Shown here piece by piece: positions 44,174 to 52,593 of a DNA stretch of 64,000 nucleotides (its first letter is position 1; each line of letters begins with the position of its first letter). Origin of the DNA: Sulfurimonadaceae bacterium (GTDB lineage Bacteria > Campylobacterota > Campylobacteria > Campylobacterales > Sulfurimonadaceae); the NCBI GenBank assembly GCA_041555445.1, contig JBFFKK010000001.1, positions 64,418 through 128,417 of the forward strand. The letters run 5' to 3'. A program made the translations under genes and the position numbers. Under the pieces are notes generated by a model, which did no database searches, was not told the DNA's origin, and saw only the letters and a list, made by a program, of their open reading frames with translations.

Positions 44174-45694
44174 TTAAGAAAGTTCTCCGTTATTGATCAT
44201 CTCGACCACTTTGACAATTTCAATGTCCATACGGCGGTCTTCGACCAGCGGCGGGATGACCGTACGGATCTTTCTGTAGATCTTCTCAAGCTGAGGAGAG
44301 ATCCCCTCATGACCGCGGATATCAACCGCCTGTGCCAGTCCCATAAAGGCGATAGCAAGCATGTTGTCAAGATCCGGAAGCGTACGTTTGAAGTTCAGTG
44401 CCGCTGTTGTTCCCATACTCACCTTATCCTGATTCAATGACTCTGTAGGACGGGAGAAGACAGAGGCCGGCATAATGTTCATCATAACATCCGCACTCAA
44501 TGAACTCAGCGAGATCTGCATCGCCTTGAAACCGTGGTGGTGCGGTTTGTCGGAGAGCTTGAGGTTTTCACCGATGCCGCGGTTGAACTTATGGTCGACC
44601 AGAAGCGAAAACTGTTTGTCGAGAAGGTCAGCCGCATTGGCAGAACAGATCTTCAGCGTGTCCATCGCATGCGCGACATAACCGCCGTAGAAGTTACCTG
44701 ACGTGTAGATCTTTTTGAACTCGCCGTCGATGATCGGGTTGTCGTTGACCGCGTTACATTCGGTCTCAACCCATTTTTTAGATATCTCAAGGTTATCCCA
44801 GACAATCCCCAGTACCTGAGGGGTACAGCGGATCGAGTATTTGTCCTGGATACAGAGCGTGTCATCATGGAAAAATTTCTCATAACGCTCATCCTGTGCC
44901 TGGACAATGTCTGAGCCTTCAAGTTTTTTTGCCAGCTGCGCCGCACAGCGGATCTGACCGGCAAAAGGTTTCACCTCATGGACCAGAGGCTGAAGCGGTG
45001 TCCCGTCAGCGTGCATCATCTCAAATAGGCCCGCAATAAAGCTCTCATAAGCGTGCATCCAGTTCTCAAACTTCTGCATTGCCATGATCGCGATCCCGCT
45101 CATCGACGCGGTACCGTTCATGATCGCCAGTGCCTCTTTCGGCTCCAGTTCATACGGCTCGATATCAAGCTCTTTATAGACATCGGCACTGCTTCGGATC
45201 TCGCCTTTGTAGTAGACCTCACGCTCACCGACAATCGCTGCCGCAATATAGGAGAGCGGTGTCAGGTCACCGCTGGCACCGACTGAACCCTGCGCGGGGA
45301 TGACCGGGATAATGTCATTGTTGAAGAAATAGGCCAGACGCTCCAACAGGTTTACCGTAACACCGGAGTACCCTTTGGAGAGGCTGGTCAAACGGATCAA
45401 CAAAATACGCTTACATTCATCATGCGTCAGCATCTCACCGATACCGCAGCCGTGGAAACGGAAGAGGTTTTTTTGCAGCTCTTTTGCCTGTTCAAACGCT
45501 GAGTAGTTCGTACCGGCTTCGCCATAACCTGTGGTAACGCCATAAATCGGCTTGCCCGTAGAGATCTCATTAAGCAAAAACGCGTGTGAATCCGAAATCT
45601 TTTTTCGAAAGGCCTCTTCCGTAGAGACCGTCACCTTCTCTGTATGACAAAGCTCTTCATAATCGATATGTTGTGCATTGATTGTAATTGACAT
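44174..45694 (-). CDS. MIO-dependent aromatic amino acid ammonia-lyase (HAL/PAL/TAL family)
   Basis: 506 aa. MIO tripeptide Ala140-Ser141-Gly142 in GSVGASGDLTPL (45277-45269). Also YGVTTGYG, NGT, QD.YS.RC and NDNP. The selectivity dyad is Phe80-His81 (45457-45452). Confidence 0.9.
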   Translation of the reverse strand: MSITINAQHIDYEELCHTEKVTVSTEEAFRKKISDSHAFLLNEISTGKPIYGVTTGYGEAGTNYSAFEQAKELQKNLFRFHGCGIGEMLTHDECKRILLIRLTSLSKGYSGVTVNLLERLAYFFNNDIIPVIPAQGSVGASGDLTPLSYIAAAIVGEREVYYKGEIRSSADVYKELDIEPYELEPKEALAIMNGTASMSGIAIMAMQKFENWMHAYESFIAGLFEMMHADGTPLQPLVHEVKPFAGQIRCAAQLAKKLEGSDIVQAQDERYEKFFHDDTLCIQDKYSIRCTPQVLGIVWDNLEISKKWVETECNAVNDNPIIDGEFKKIYTSGNFYGGYVAHAMDTLKICSANAADLLDKQFSLLVDHKFNRGIGENLKLSDKPHHHGFKAMQISLSSLSADVMMNIMPASVFSRPTESLNQDKVSMGTTAALNFKRTLPDLDNMLAIAFMGLAQAVDIRGHEGISPQLEKIYRKIRTVIPPLVEDRRMDIEIVKVVEMINNGELS

Positions 45695-45859
45695 CTATTT
45701 TCCCGTAAAACTGTGACTAGATGGTGCTTTAATAGACATACATGAATAAAAAAGGTGCCCAAATATAACAGTTGTAAATATTTTTTTGTATTCTAGCACT
45801 CCAACCTAATAAATTGACTGAAGTTATCCATGCGTACGCCCATAATTTACGCTGCTATT

Positions 45860-46567
45860 TTATTTGGCCGAGGGGGATTTGATACCGATAAGCCGAAGCA
45901 GGTTCTTGGCAAAAAGCCGTGCATGCAATTTACTCAGCCTGACGTTGTCTGTCACAGCATCAAAATGGCTGACACGCTCTTCGGGTTTTGGGTAATGGAC
46001 CTCGATCTCGACCTCCTCTATGCACCCGCCGTTCCAGACATAACGCACCAGCACTTCGATCTCAAAATCATAACGCCGTTTCTCAATAGGCAGGTCCAAT
46101 ACAGCGACTGGGTACGAACGGAATCCGGACTGGGTGTCGTCGAGACGCAGCCCTGTCTCCGTCCAGATCCAGAAGTTGCTGAACTTGCGTCCGAACTTCG
46201 ATGAACCGGGAACATTTTCGGCGAATCTACGGCACCCGATCACGATACATTTTTCAAGGTCTTTGCCGATAAAGTTTGCGATCTCGTGCGGAAAATGCTG
46301 TCCATCGCCGTCAACAACGAAAAAAGAGTCAAACCCCAGTGCTTTGGCTTTATGCCCGCCCGTCAAAATGGCTTCGCCCTTGCCCTTGTTCAATTCATGT
46401 CTTATAAGGTAGAGGTTTTCATCTTCATCAATGTTGACCATGACACCCGGTTCCGAGCCGTCATCAACGACGATGACCGTGCTTTTTGTTTTCAAGGCTG
46501 CATAGACAACCTCTTCTATGGTGTCAGGGTTGTTGTAGACCGGTATTACGATACAGCTTTTATGCAA
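45860..46567 (-). CDS. family 2 glycosyltransferase
   Basis: 235 aa with IVIPVYNN, VVDDGSEPG and VVDGDGQH (DxD-type). Confidence 0.8.
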   Translation of the reverse strand: MHKSCIVIPVYNNPDTIEEVVYAALKTKSTVIVVDDGSEPGVMVNIDEDENLYLIRHELNKGKGEAILTGGHKAKALGFDSFFVVDGDGQHFPHEIANFIGKDLEKCIVIGCRRFAENVPGSSKFGRKFSNFWIWTETGLRLDDTQSGFRSYPVAVLDLPIEKRRYDFEIEVLVRYVWNGGCIEEVEIEVHYPKPEERVSHFDAVTDNVRLSKLHARLFAKNLLRLIGIKSPSAK

Positions 46568-46721
46568 TGAGGACTCTCTGATATTTGATTTGCCAAATTA
46601 TAACAGAGCGCGCCTTTATCGGATAAACCGTTAATTCACTCCTGGAAACGCTTTATTGCAAGTTATTATATACATTCGGTTTGATATAATTTGCAAATGT
46701 TACTATAATCGAAGGAATTGA

Positions 46722-47954
46722 ATGACTGAGTGTGATGTATTTATTATCGGAGGCGGTCCGGCCGGCTCAATTGCTGCGTTGAAACTGGTAAAAGCGGGCT
46801 ATAAAGTCGAGCTTGTGGAAAAAGTTGAATTTCCCCGTTTTGTTATTGGAGAGTCTCTTCTTCCGCGTTGTAATGAGATTTTAGATGAGGCCGGGATCCT
46901 CGATGTTATCGAAAATGCAGGGTTCCAGTTCAAAGGCGGTGTTGTATTCGAAAATGACCGAAATGACATCAAAGTCGTCAATTTTGAAAAAAACATGGGA
47001 CAAAAACACAACAGTTCATTCCAGGTCCGCCGTGAGACCTTTGACCACCTTCTTCTTAAAGAGGCAGAAAAAGCCGGTGCCCACGTGACCATCGAATCAG
47101 AGGTCACGGCTTACGATGAGGCTAACAATATCGTAACCGTCATGCACAAAGACGGCAGCGAAGAGCAATATCATGCCAAAAAAGTGATCGATGCATCCGG
47201 ATACGGCCGTGTCCTTCCGCGCCTGCTGGACCTCGACACGCAATCGGGCATGGCGCTTCGTGACGCGATCTTCTGCCGTGTCGAAAATGATATCCGCCCG
47301 ACCGACGGGACAGACGGGTATATTTACGTCTATGTCGTCGGCGACAACGATGCCTGGATCTGGAACATCCCGTTAAGCCCGACTGTGACCTCCGTCGGCA
47401 TCGTCTGCCCGGATGAGTACTTCAAATCCTTCAACATGGCGCAAGCGGAGTTCTGGGACCATATCATTGCGACAGACCCGAATGCAAAAGCCCGTTATGC
47501 GACAGCGTCCAAGATCAATGAGGTCGGTTTTATCGGCGGTTATTCAGCCAATGTCAGCAAGATGTTCGGTGAAAACTTCGTCATGGTCGGCAATGCCACT
47601 GAATTCCTTGATCCTGTCTTCTCTTCGGGTGTCACGCTGGCACTCGAGTCGGGTGCCAAAGCAGCCGACCTTACCATCAAAGAGTTTAAAGGCGACAGTG
47701 TCGACTGGCAGGTCGAATATCAGGACTACATGATGATCGGCGTCGATGTTTTCAGAGAGTACGTCGAAGCGTGGTATGATGGCCGTCTACAGGGTATCCT
47801 TTTCTCAAAAACACCGGGCGCCGACAAGATCGAACGCAAGATCGTCTCCGTACTCAGCGGTTATGTGTGGGACAAGAAGAACATGTTCGTCAACGCACCG
47901 ACCGAGGCGGTCAACGCCACCTATAAAGCATTGACAGGCAATGACCCTTTATAA
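46722..47954 (+). CDS. FAD-dependent halogenase-type oxidoreductase
   Basis: 410 aa. GxGxxG (IIGGGPAGS) and the flavin-halogenase signature WxWxIP as WIWNIP (47355-47372). RBS AAGGAA. Confidence 0.8.
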   Translation: MTECDVFIIGGGPAGSIAALKLVKAGYKVELVEKVEFPRFVIGESLLPRCNEILDEAGILDVIENAGFQFKGGVVFENDRNDIKVVNFEKNMGQKHNSSFQVRRETFDHLLLKEAEKAGAHVTIESEVTAYDEANNIVTVMHKDGSEEQYHAKKVIDASGYGRVLPRLLDLDTQSGMALRDAIFCRVENDIRPTDGTDGYIYVYVVGDNDAWIWNIPLSPTVTSVGIVCPDEYFKSFNMAQAEFWDHIIATDPNAKARYATASKINEVGFIGGYSANVSKMFGENFVMVGNATEFLDPVFSSGVTLALESGAKAADLTIKEFKGDSVDWQVEYQDYMMIGVDVFREYVEAWYDGRLQGILFSKTPGADKIERKIVSVLSGYVWDKKNMFVNAPTEAVNATYKALTGNDPL

Positions 47955-48063
47955 GCCTGTCCTGCAATACAGTTCTCGTTCACAGTAGCAAAACAGGACG
48001 CTGGACTGACCTGTCATTTCGAGGTACGGTGTTCCTGCCTCCAATTCTAAACTGAGGAAACTA

Positions 48064-48924
48064 ATGTCTAAATATCGTGGCAGCCCCCTGGGTATTAAAT
48101 TTGTTATAGGACTCTATAACTTCTTTGGTTATAAAGCCGCTAAGACAGTTGTCTTTATCGTTGCGCTCTTTTACACACTGGTATCGCAAAAGAAACGCAG
48201 TGAACTTGCAAGTTATTACGCTGCTGTTGATGTCCCGGACACGATCATCTCCTATTTTCACCATGTCTATGCTTTCTCGCTCAATATCTTTGACCGCTTT
48301 ATCGCCAAAGAGGGGACGGAACAGAGCAGTGTCAAAGTCGAAAAAGTCAATCTTTCGGCATTTGAGTCTCTTCATAAAAGTGGCGGTATCCTGGTCTTTT
48401 CGCACCACGGCAACTGGGCACAGAGCTTTAAAATGTTTGATGTCTATGATATCCGGCTCAACATTATCGGTGATGAAGCGATCGACGAAAGCCTGCACAA
48501 GATCGAGAACGCTGCCAATACCAATGAACGCATCAACATCATCAGCCTTAAAAACGGGATGCAGGCGATGCTGGATATTGCGCGTGTCTTACAAAACAAT
48601 GAGATCCTCATTATCATGGTCGACCGTGTCAAAGAGGATGGGAAATGGGTTGAAGTGGACTTTCTTGACCGTCCGACACTCTTTCACAGCGGCGGGTTCG
48701 AAATCGCCATTATGCGTAATGTGCCGATGCTCGGGTGCGACATCGTACGGACCGGCGACAATGCGATCAAAGTCCATTTTTCAGAGATCATCACCTCCGA
48801 CGAAGCGTCAAAAGAGGCGCGTCTTCACGATCTTGCACAACAATATGCCCGGTTCCTTGAGCGCGTGGTCCGCGAATATCCGTGGCAGTGGTTCAACTTC
48901 TTTGATTTTTGGAAAAAACGTTAG
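48064..48924 (+). CDS. LpxL/HtrB-like (lipid A biosynthesis-type) acyltransferase
   Basis: 286 aa with an N-terminal TM, an HHGNW motif and a C-terminal YPWQWFNF, all typical of the LPLAT/LpxL family. RBS GAGGA. Confidence 0.75.
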   Translation: MSKYRGSPLGIKFVIGLYNFFGYKAAKTVVFIVALFYTLVSQKKRSELASYYAAVDVPDTIISYFHHVYAFSLNIFDRFIAKEGTEQSSVKVEKVNLSAFESLHKSGGILVFSHHGNWAQSFKMFDVYDIRLNIIGDEAIDESLHKIENAANTNERINIISLKNGMQAMLDIARVLQNNEILIIMVDRVKEDGKWVEVDFLDRPTLFHSGGFEIAIMRNVPMLGCDIVRTGDNAIKVHFSEIITSDEASKEARLHDLAQQYARFLERVVREYPWQWFNFFDFWKKR

Positions 48925-48928
48925 CGTA

Positions 48929-49258
48929 TTAATGCCACTTCAGTTTGAAGTCGCCGCAGAGCGTCTCACTGCTCTTGTAGAGTTTGATCCGTACCCCATT
49001 TTTTGTAGTGGCAATACGATAGGACAACCGCTCTAACGGAAGAACCTTGTTGACAAACTTTGCGCTTGTTATCTCGTCGATATCTTTTCCGAGGATCTCG
49101 GCGACAATGTCGATCTGCAAGAAGCCCGGCAGCAGCGGCATATTCTCAAAATGGGCCTTGAAGACAGGATGCTCCGCACCGGCAAGGATGATCTCGACCG
49201 CTTCATCACTCTGGCTTACTACCTCATACAGCCCTTCAGAGAGATACGATTGGCTCAT
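48929..49258 (-). CDS. hot-dog fold 3-hydroxyacyl-ACP dehydratase-like protein
   Basis: 109 aa. HPVFKAHFENMPLLPGFLQIDIVAEILG resembles the FabA/FabZ active-site region (H...F...P..PG). Confidence 0.7.
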   Translation of the reverse strand: MSQSYLSEGLYEVVSQSDEAVEIILAGAEHPVFKAHFENMPLLPGFLQIDIVAEILGKDIDEITSAKFVNKVLPLERLSYRIATTKNGVRIKLYKSSETLCGDFKLKWH

Positions 49259-49662
49259 AATGACTCCCCCTCTTTTTGTAAGACAACAGAAAGCTGACCG
49301 TCTGCGATCAATGTCCCATCATCCAGTACACTGAAACTCAACATAAAGAAATTGTCAAAATTACTGATATAGTGGCTCTCGATCTCAAAACGCTGTTTGT
49401 CACTGCGCTGATACCATTTGGACTTGACTGTTAGCAGCATACCATTGGTTCGTTGTGGGACGTTGATCGCCTTTTTCTCTTCTGTCAGCTTCAGAAAGAT
49501 CGACGATTGTGCACCGGCTTCAGAGAGCATGCTCAAGGTCGGTACTGTCCCGAACTCCACGACGGTACGCGCTTCGTGTTCACTTTGTTGCAAAAGCTCT
49601 TTGACAAAACCGACCGGTGCTTTTTGCGGCAGATGTGCTACCAGATCATTCAACGTCGACAT
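49255..49662 (-). CDS. small protein, possibly a hot-dog fold partner (dehydratase subunit or thioesterase)
   Basis: 135 aa. It is translationally coupled on both sides, and its size and beta-rich C-terminus are compatible with a hot-dog fold. No clear catalytic motif. Confidence 0.4.
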   Translation of the reverse strand: MSTLNDLVAHLPQKAPVGFVKELLQQSEHEARTVVEFGTVPTLSMLSEAGAQSSIFLKLTEEKKAINVPQRTNGMLLTVKSKWYQRSDKQRFEIESHYISNFDNFFMLSFSVLDDGTLIADGQLSVVLQKEGESL

Positions 49663-49916
49663 TATTCGTTCCCATGCGCGTTGATATAGTCATAAAGACT
49701 TTGGATCGATCTGAAGGCCTGCTCTGACGCTGCAATATTGGGGAAGACAATACCATAGGTATTGTCCAGAAAGATCGTCAGCTCGATAGCATCGACCGAA
49801 TCCAGCCCCAGGCCGTCATGAAAAAGATGGTCATTGTCACCGATCTCGCTGACATCGACCCCCTCTAGGTTAAAAAGATCAATTAGTTCTGTCTTTAATT
49901 TTTCAGTAGTCATCAC
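49662..49916 (-). CDS. acyl carrier protein
   Basis: 84 aa with GLGLDSVDAIEL. Confidence 0.85.
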   Translation of the reverse strand: MMTTEKLKTELIDLFNLEGVDVSEIGDNDHLFHDGLGLDSVDAIELTIFLDNTYGIVFPNIAASEQAFRSIQSLYDYINAHGNE

Positions 49917-49930
49917 GTAACAGTTATCTC

Positions 49931-50575
49931 CTAAAGCTCGAGGGCAATGACAGCGCCATCTTTGCCCTCACACGCGGCGACAACATCCAACATTGCCCAG
50001 AGTGACGGGGCATAGCCCTGATGGTTATTTGTAACGATCTCGGTATTGACATCGCTCTCCGTCGGCACCAGCGTCAAGGCGACACCGCTCTCGAGATAGT
50101 CCGTACAGCTGTTGACCTCTTCGATGTTCGGAATATTGATCGCCTCGCAACAGACAAGCAGTACCTCTTTAGCATGCGTTACAGCCTGCAGTGCACCGGT
50201 CTGCAGGACATTGGCTGACGTGGCGTCACCGCTTGAGACCGTGAGGATCTCCTCTCTGTTACCGTGCAGCAGTGAAAAGTACGAAGGGGCGGTGTTGTAG
50301 ACCGAATTCTGAAATGCGGTCGGGCTGATCGGTTCATTCGCTGCAATCGCGCCCACGATATCCGCTGTCGCCTGCATCTCGCCGTATGCCGAACCGTAGA
50401 CAACCGGTCCTTCACTGAAACCGCAGGCATCGGCAAGATAGACCATCAGACGTGCCGAACGTGTCAAACGGCGGCGCAGCATCATTTTGGGGACGATCCG
50501 TTTCTCGTCAAGATCCTCACATTTTGTCGCTGCCGATACCTGAGCTATGGATTTAACTCTGAAGTTCATTTTCAT
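49931..50575 (-). CDS. KS-like chain-length-factor-type protein (no active-site Cys)
   Basis: 214 aa. MLRRRLTRSARL and ISPTAFQNSVYNTAPSYFS resemble the beta-ketoacyl synthase chain-length-factor family. It overlaps the upstream KS by 4 nt. Confidence 0.75.
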   Translation of the reverse strand: MKMNFRVKSIAQVSAATKCEDLDEKRIVPKMMLRRRLTRSARLMVYLADACGFSEGPVVYGSAYGEMQATADIVGAIAANEPISPTAFQNSVYNTAPSYFSLLHGNREEILTVSSGDATSANVLQTGALQAVTHAKEVLLVCCEAINIPNIEEVNSCTDYLESGVALTLVPTESDVNTEIVTNNHQGYAPSLWAMLDVVAACEGKDGAVIALEL

Positions 50576-51675
50576 TTTACCGCTCCGAAAACGACGGCGG
50601 TGTTGTTGCCGCCAAACGCAAATGAGTTTGAGATCACATAGTTGATCTCTGCCTCCACCGCTTCGCGGGGAAGGTTGATCTTCTCATTTTCCGCAACCTG
50701 CAGCGAAGCCTGCGGTGCGATACGCTGCTGTTTGATCACCTCGCAAGAGACAATGGCTTCAAGTGCGCCGGCAGCACCAAGGGTATGGCCGGTTATCGCC
50801 TTGGTCGAGCTCATATACGGGTTATGCGTAAAAAGTGTCTCAACCGCCAGCGCTTCCACCGCATCATTAGCGAGGGTGCCCGTACCGTGTGCATTGACAT
50901 AGTCGATATCCGTCGTTTTGAGACCGGCGTCTTCGAGCGCTTTTTGCATACAGGCAATGGCTCCGCCCGCTTCAGGATCAGGGTTGGTCATGTGAAATGC
51001 GTCGGAACTTCCTGAACTCCCGCACACTTCAATACTTTCATCGGTCTGTACGTTCTGCACGAGCAGTGCCGCAATACCTTCGGCGACATTCATCCCTTCT
51101 CTCTCTTTTTGAAACGGTGTACACCGTTGCGTTGAGAGTACTCCCAACGCCTGAAAACCGCAGACCGTGGTATAACAGAGGGCATCTGCACCCACCACCA
51201 GTACATTATCATACGCACCGAGGTTGATAAGGCGCTGCGCCAGCATCATGGCATTGGCACTAGAGGTACAGGCCGTTGAGATAGAGCGGCTCTCTTTAAA
51301 ACCGAACGTTCTGTTCAAAGCGTCGGAGATCACAGAGATCGCATGCTCTTTCGGGTTGATGTTCTTATAGCTCTTCTCTTTGAAAAAGATCTGCTCGCTC
51401 TTGCCGATTCCCCCGACAGAAGAGCCGACAATCAGAAGTGTGTTATGGAAATTGTCGAGAGTGCTTTTGTCCAGTACCGTTTGTGCCACAGCCGTCAACG
51501 AGCTGAAAAACTCATTTGGGGCGAAAGAGCCCAGTCCGGCCGGATGGTCGGGCATGTAGCTCGTGTCAATAGTGATACCGCTCTGTTTCGAATAGATAGC
51601 CGTCATCAGCTCCGCCGTATTTCCGGCGCAGCTAAGGGATTCGTAGGCGTTGACAAAGACACGGTTTTTTTGCAT
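50572..51675 (-). CDS. beta-ketoacyl synthase (KS)
   Basis: 367 aa. Active-site Cys in ISTACTSSANAM, plus NAHGTGT and GHTLGAAG. Confidence 0.9.
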   Translation of the reverse strand: MQKNRVFVNAYESLSCAGNTAELMTAIYSKQSGITIDTSYMPDHPAGLGSFAPNEFFSSLTAVAQTVLDKSTLDNFHNTLLIVGSSVGGIGKSEQIFFKEKSYKNINPKEHAISVISDALNRTFGFKESRSISTACTSSANAMMLAQRLINLGAYDNVLVVGADALCYTTVCGFQALGVLSTQRCTPFQKEREGMNVAEGIAALLVQNVQTDESIEVCGSSGSSDAFHMTNPDPEAGGAIACMQKALEDAGLKTTDIDYVNAHGTGTLANDAVEALAVETLFTHNPYMSSTKAITGHTLGAAGALEAIVSCEVIKQQRIAPQASLQVAENEKINLPREAVEAEINYVISNSFAFGGNNTAVVFGAVK

Positions 51676-51738
51676 AAAACGACCTCTAAAAATTTTTAAA
51701 AATATACCACACAGGCACTAAAAACGAAGTAAGCCCGC

Positions 51739-52593
51739 CTATAGAGAGCGGACTCTCGTCACACGAAATGATTCACCGAAAGCGGCGATAAAGACAAGCT
51801 CGCCCTCGCCTTGTTCAATGAACCTGTTAAGCGCATAAAACGCGCCTGTCTCATAAAAACCGCAGCTCTCTTCATAGACAAAGCGCTCTTTTGCAGTGTC
51901 TTTTAACAGTGTGCCGATCAGCTCGTCACTGCAGCGCAGACCGAACCCCAGTTTTACGGGTTCCTGCACACGCGCAAGATACGCCTTCAGCGCTGCAATA
52001 TCCATACGCTCGTTTTCAACCTCGATCGAAGCCAATGCACCTTCTTTACGGGTGTTAAGCAGCAGCCAGTTGCTTCCCTCTCCCAAGATGCGCTCATCGC
52101 AGATGCCCAGAAACTTCCTGGTAAAAGCGACCGGCTCCAGAAGTTCGTCGACGCCGCCGACAAGGATCTGCTCCTCTTTGCCCAGCAGAAGGTCGTTTTG
52201 GGCAAGCATCAAGGTCAACTCTGCGACAAAACCGTGCTGCGCCAAATTCAGGTTTTTGCCGTGCAGGCCCAGCAACTGCGCCACATAAAAGCCTGCCGTA
52301 TTGCTCAGCGAGTTGATAAAATCGACCGGTTTCGGCGGCTGATGGTCAATGTAGCGCTGATCGCGAAGACGGTTGAAAACGGCAAGGTTACCCTGTCCCG
52401 AAGCCATGTAGAGTGCTGTCTGGGATTCGATCTGACTGTTACCGACAGCACGATGCGCACCCAGCATTGCCATCTGGATAAAACGGTCTGTGCGCCGTAC
52501 CATCTTGGGCGTAACCGCTTTCATAGCCGCCTTGACATCGAGTTCTTCACCCTCTTGACGGTTCAACATACCGACATTATGCACATAGATCAT
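51739..52593 (-). CDS. KS-like chain-length-factor-type protein (no active-site Cys)
   Basis: 284 aa. MVRRTDRFIQMAMLGA and INSLSNTAGFYVAQ stand where a KS has its Cys. It overlaps the upstream KS by 4 nt. Confidence 0.7.
   Translation of the reverse strand: MIYVHNVGMLNRQEGEELDVKAAMKAVTPKMVRRTDRFIQMAMLGAHRAVGNSQIESQTALYMASGQGNLAVFNRLRDQRYIDHQPPKPVDFINSLSNTAGFYVAQLLGLHGKNLNLAQHGFVAELTLMLAQNDLLLGKEEQILVGGVDELLEPVAFTRKFLGICDERILGEGSNWLLLNTRKEGALASIEVENERMDIAALKAYLARVQEPVKLGFGLRCSDELIGTLLKDTAKERFVYEESCGFYETGAFYALNRFIEQGEGELVFIAAFGESFRVTRVRSL

Noticed and set aside
48125-49036. 303-aa alternative-frame plus-strand ORF overlapping the LpxL-like gene
   Set aside because: It is on the same strand in a different frame. 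The translation is Ser/Arg-rich without motifs. The 48064-48924 frame has an RBS, a TM helix and HHGNW/YPWQWFNF acyltransferase motifs.
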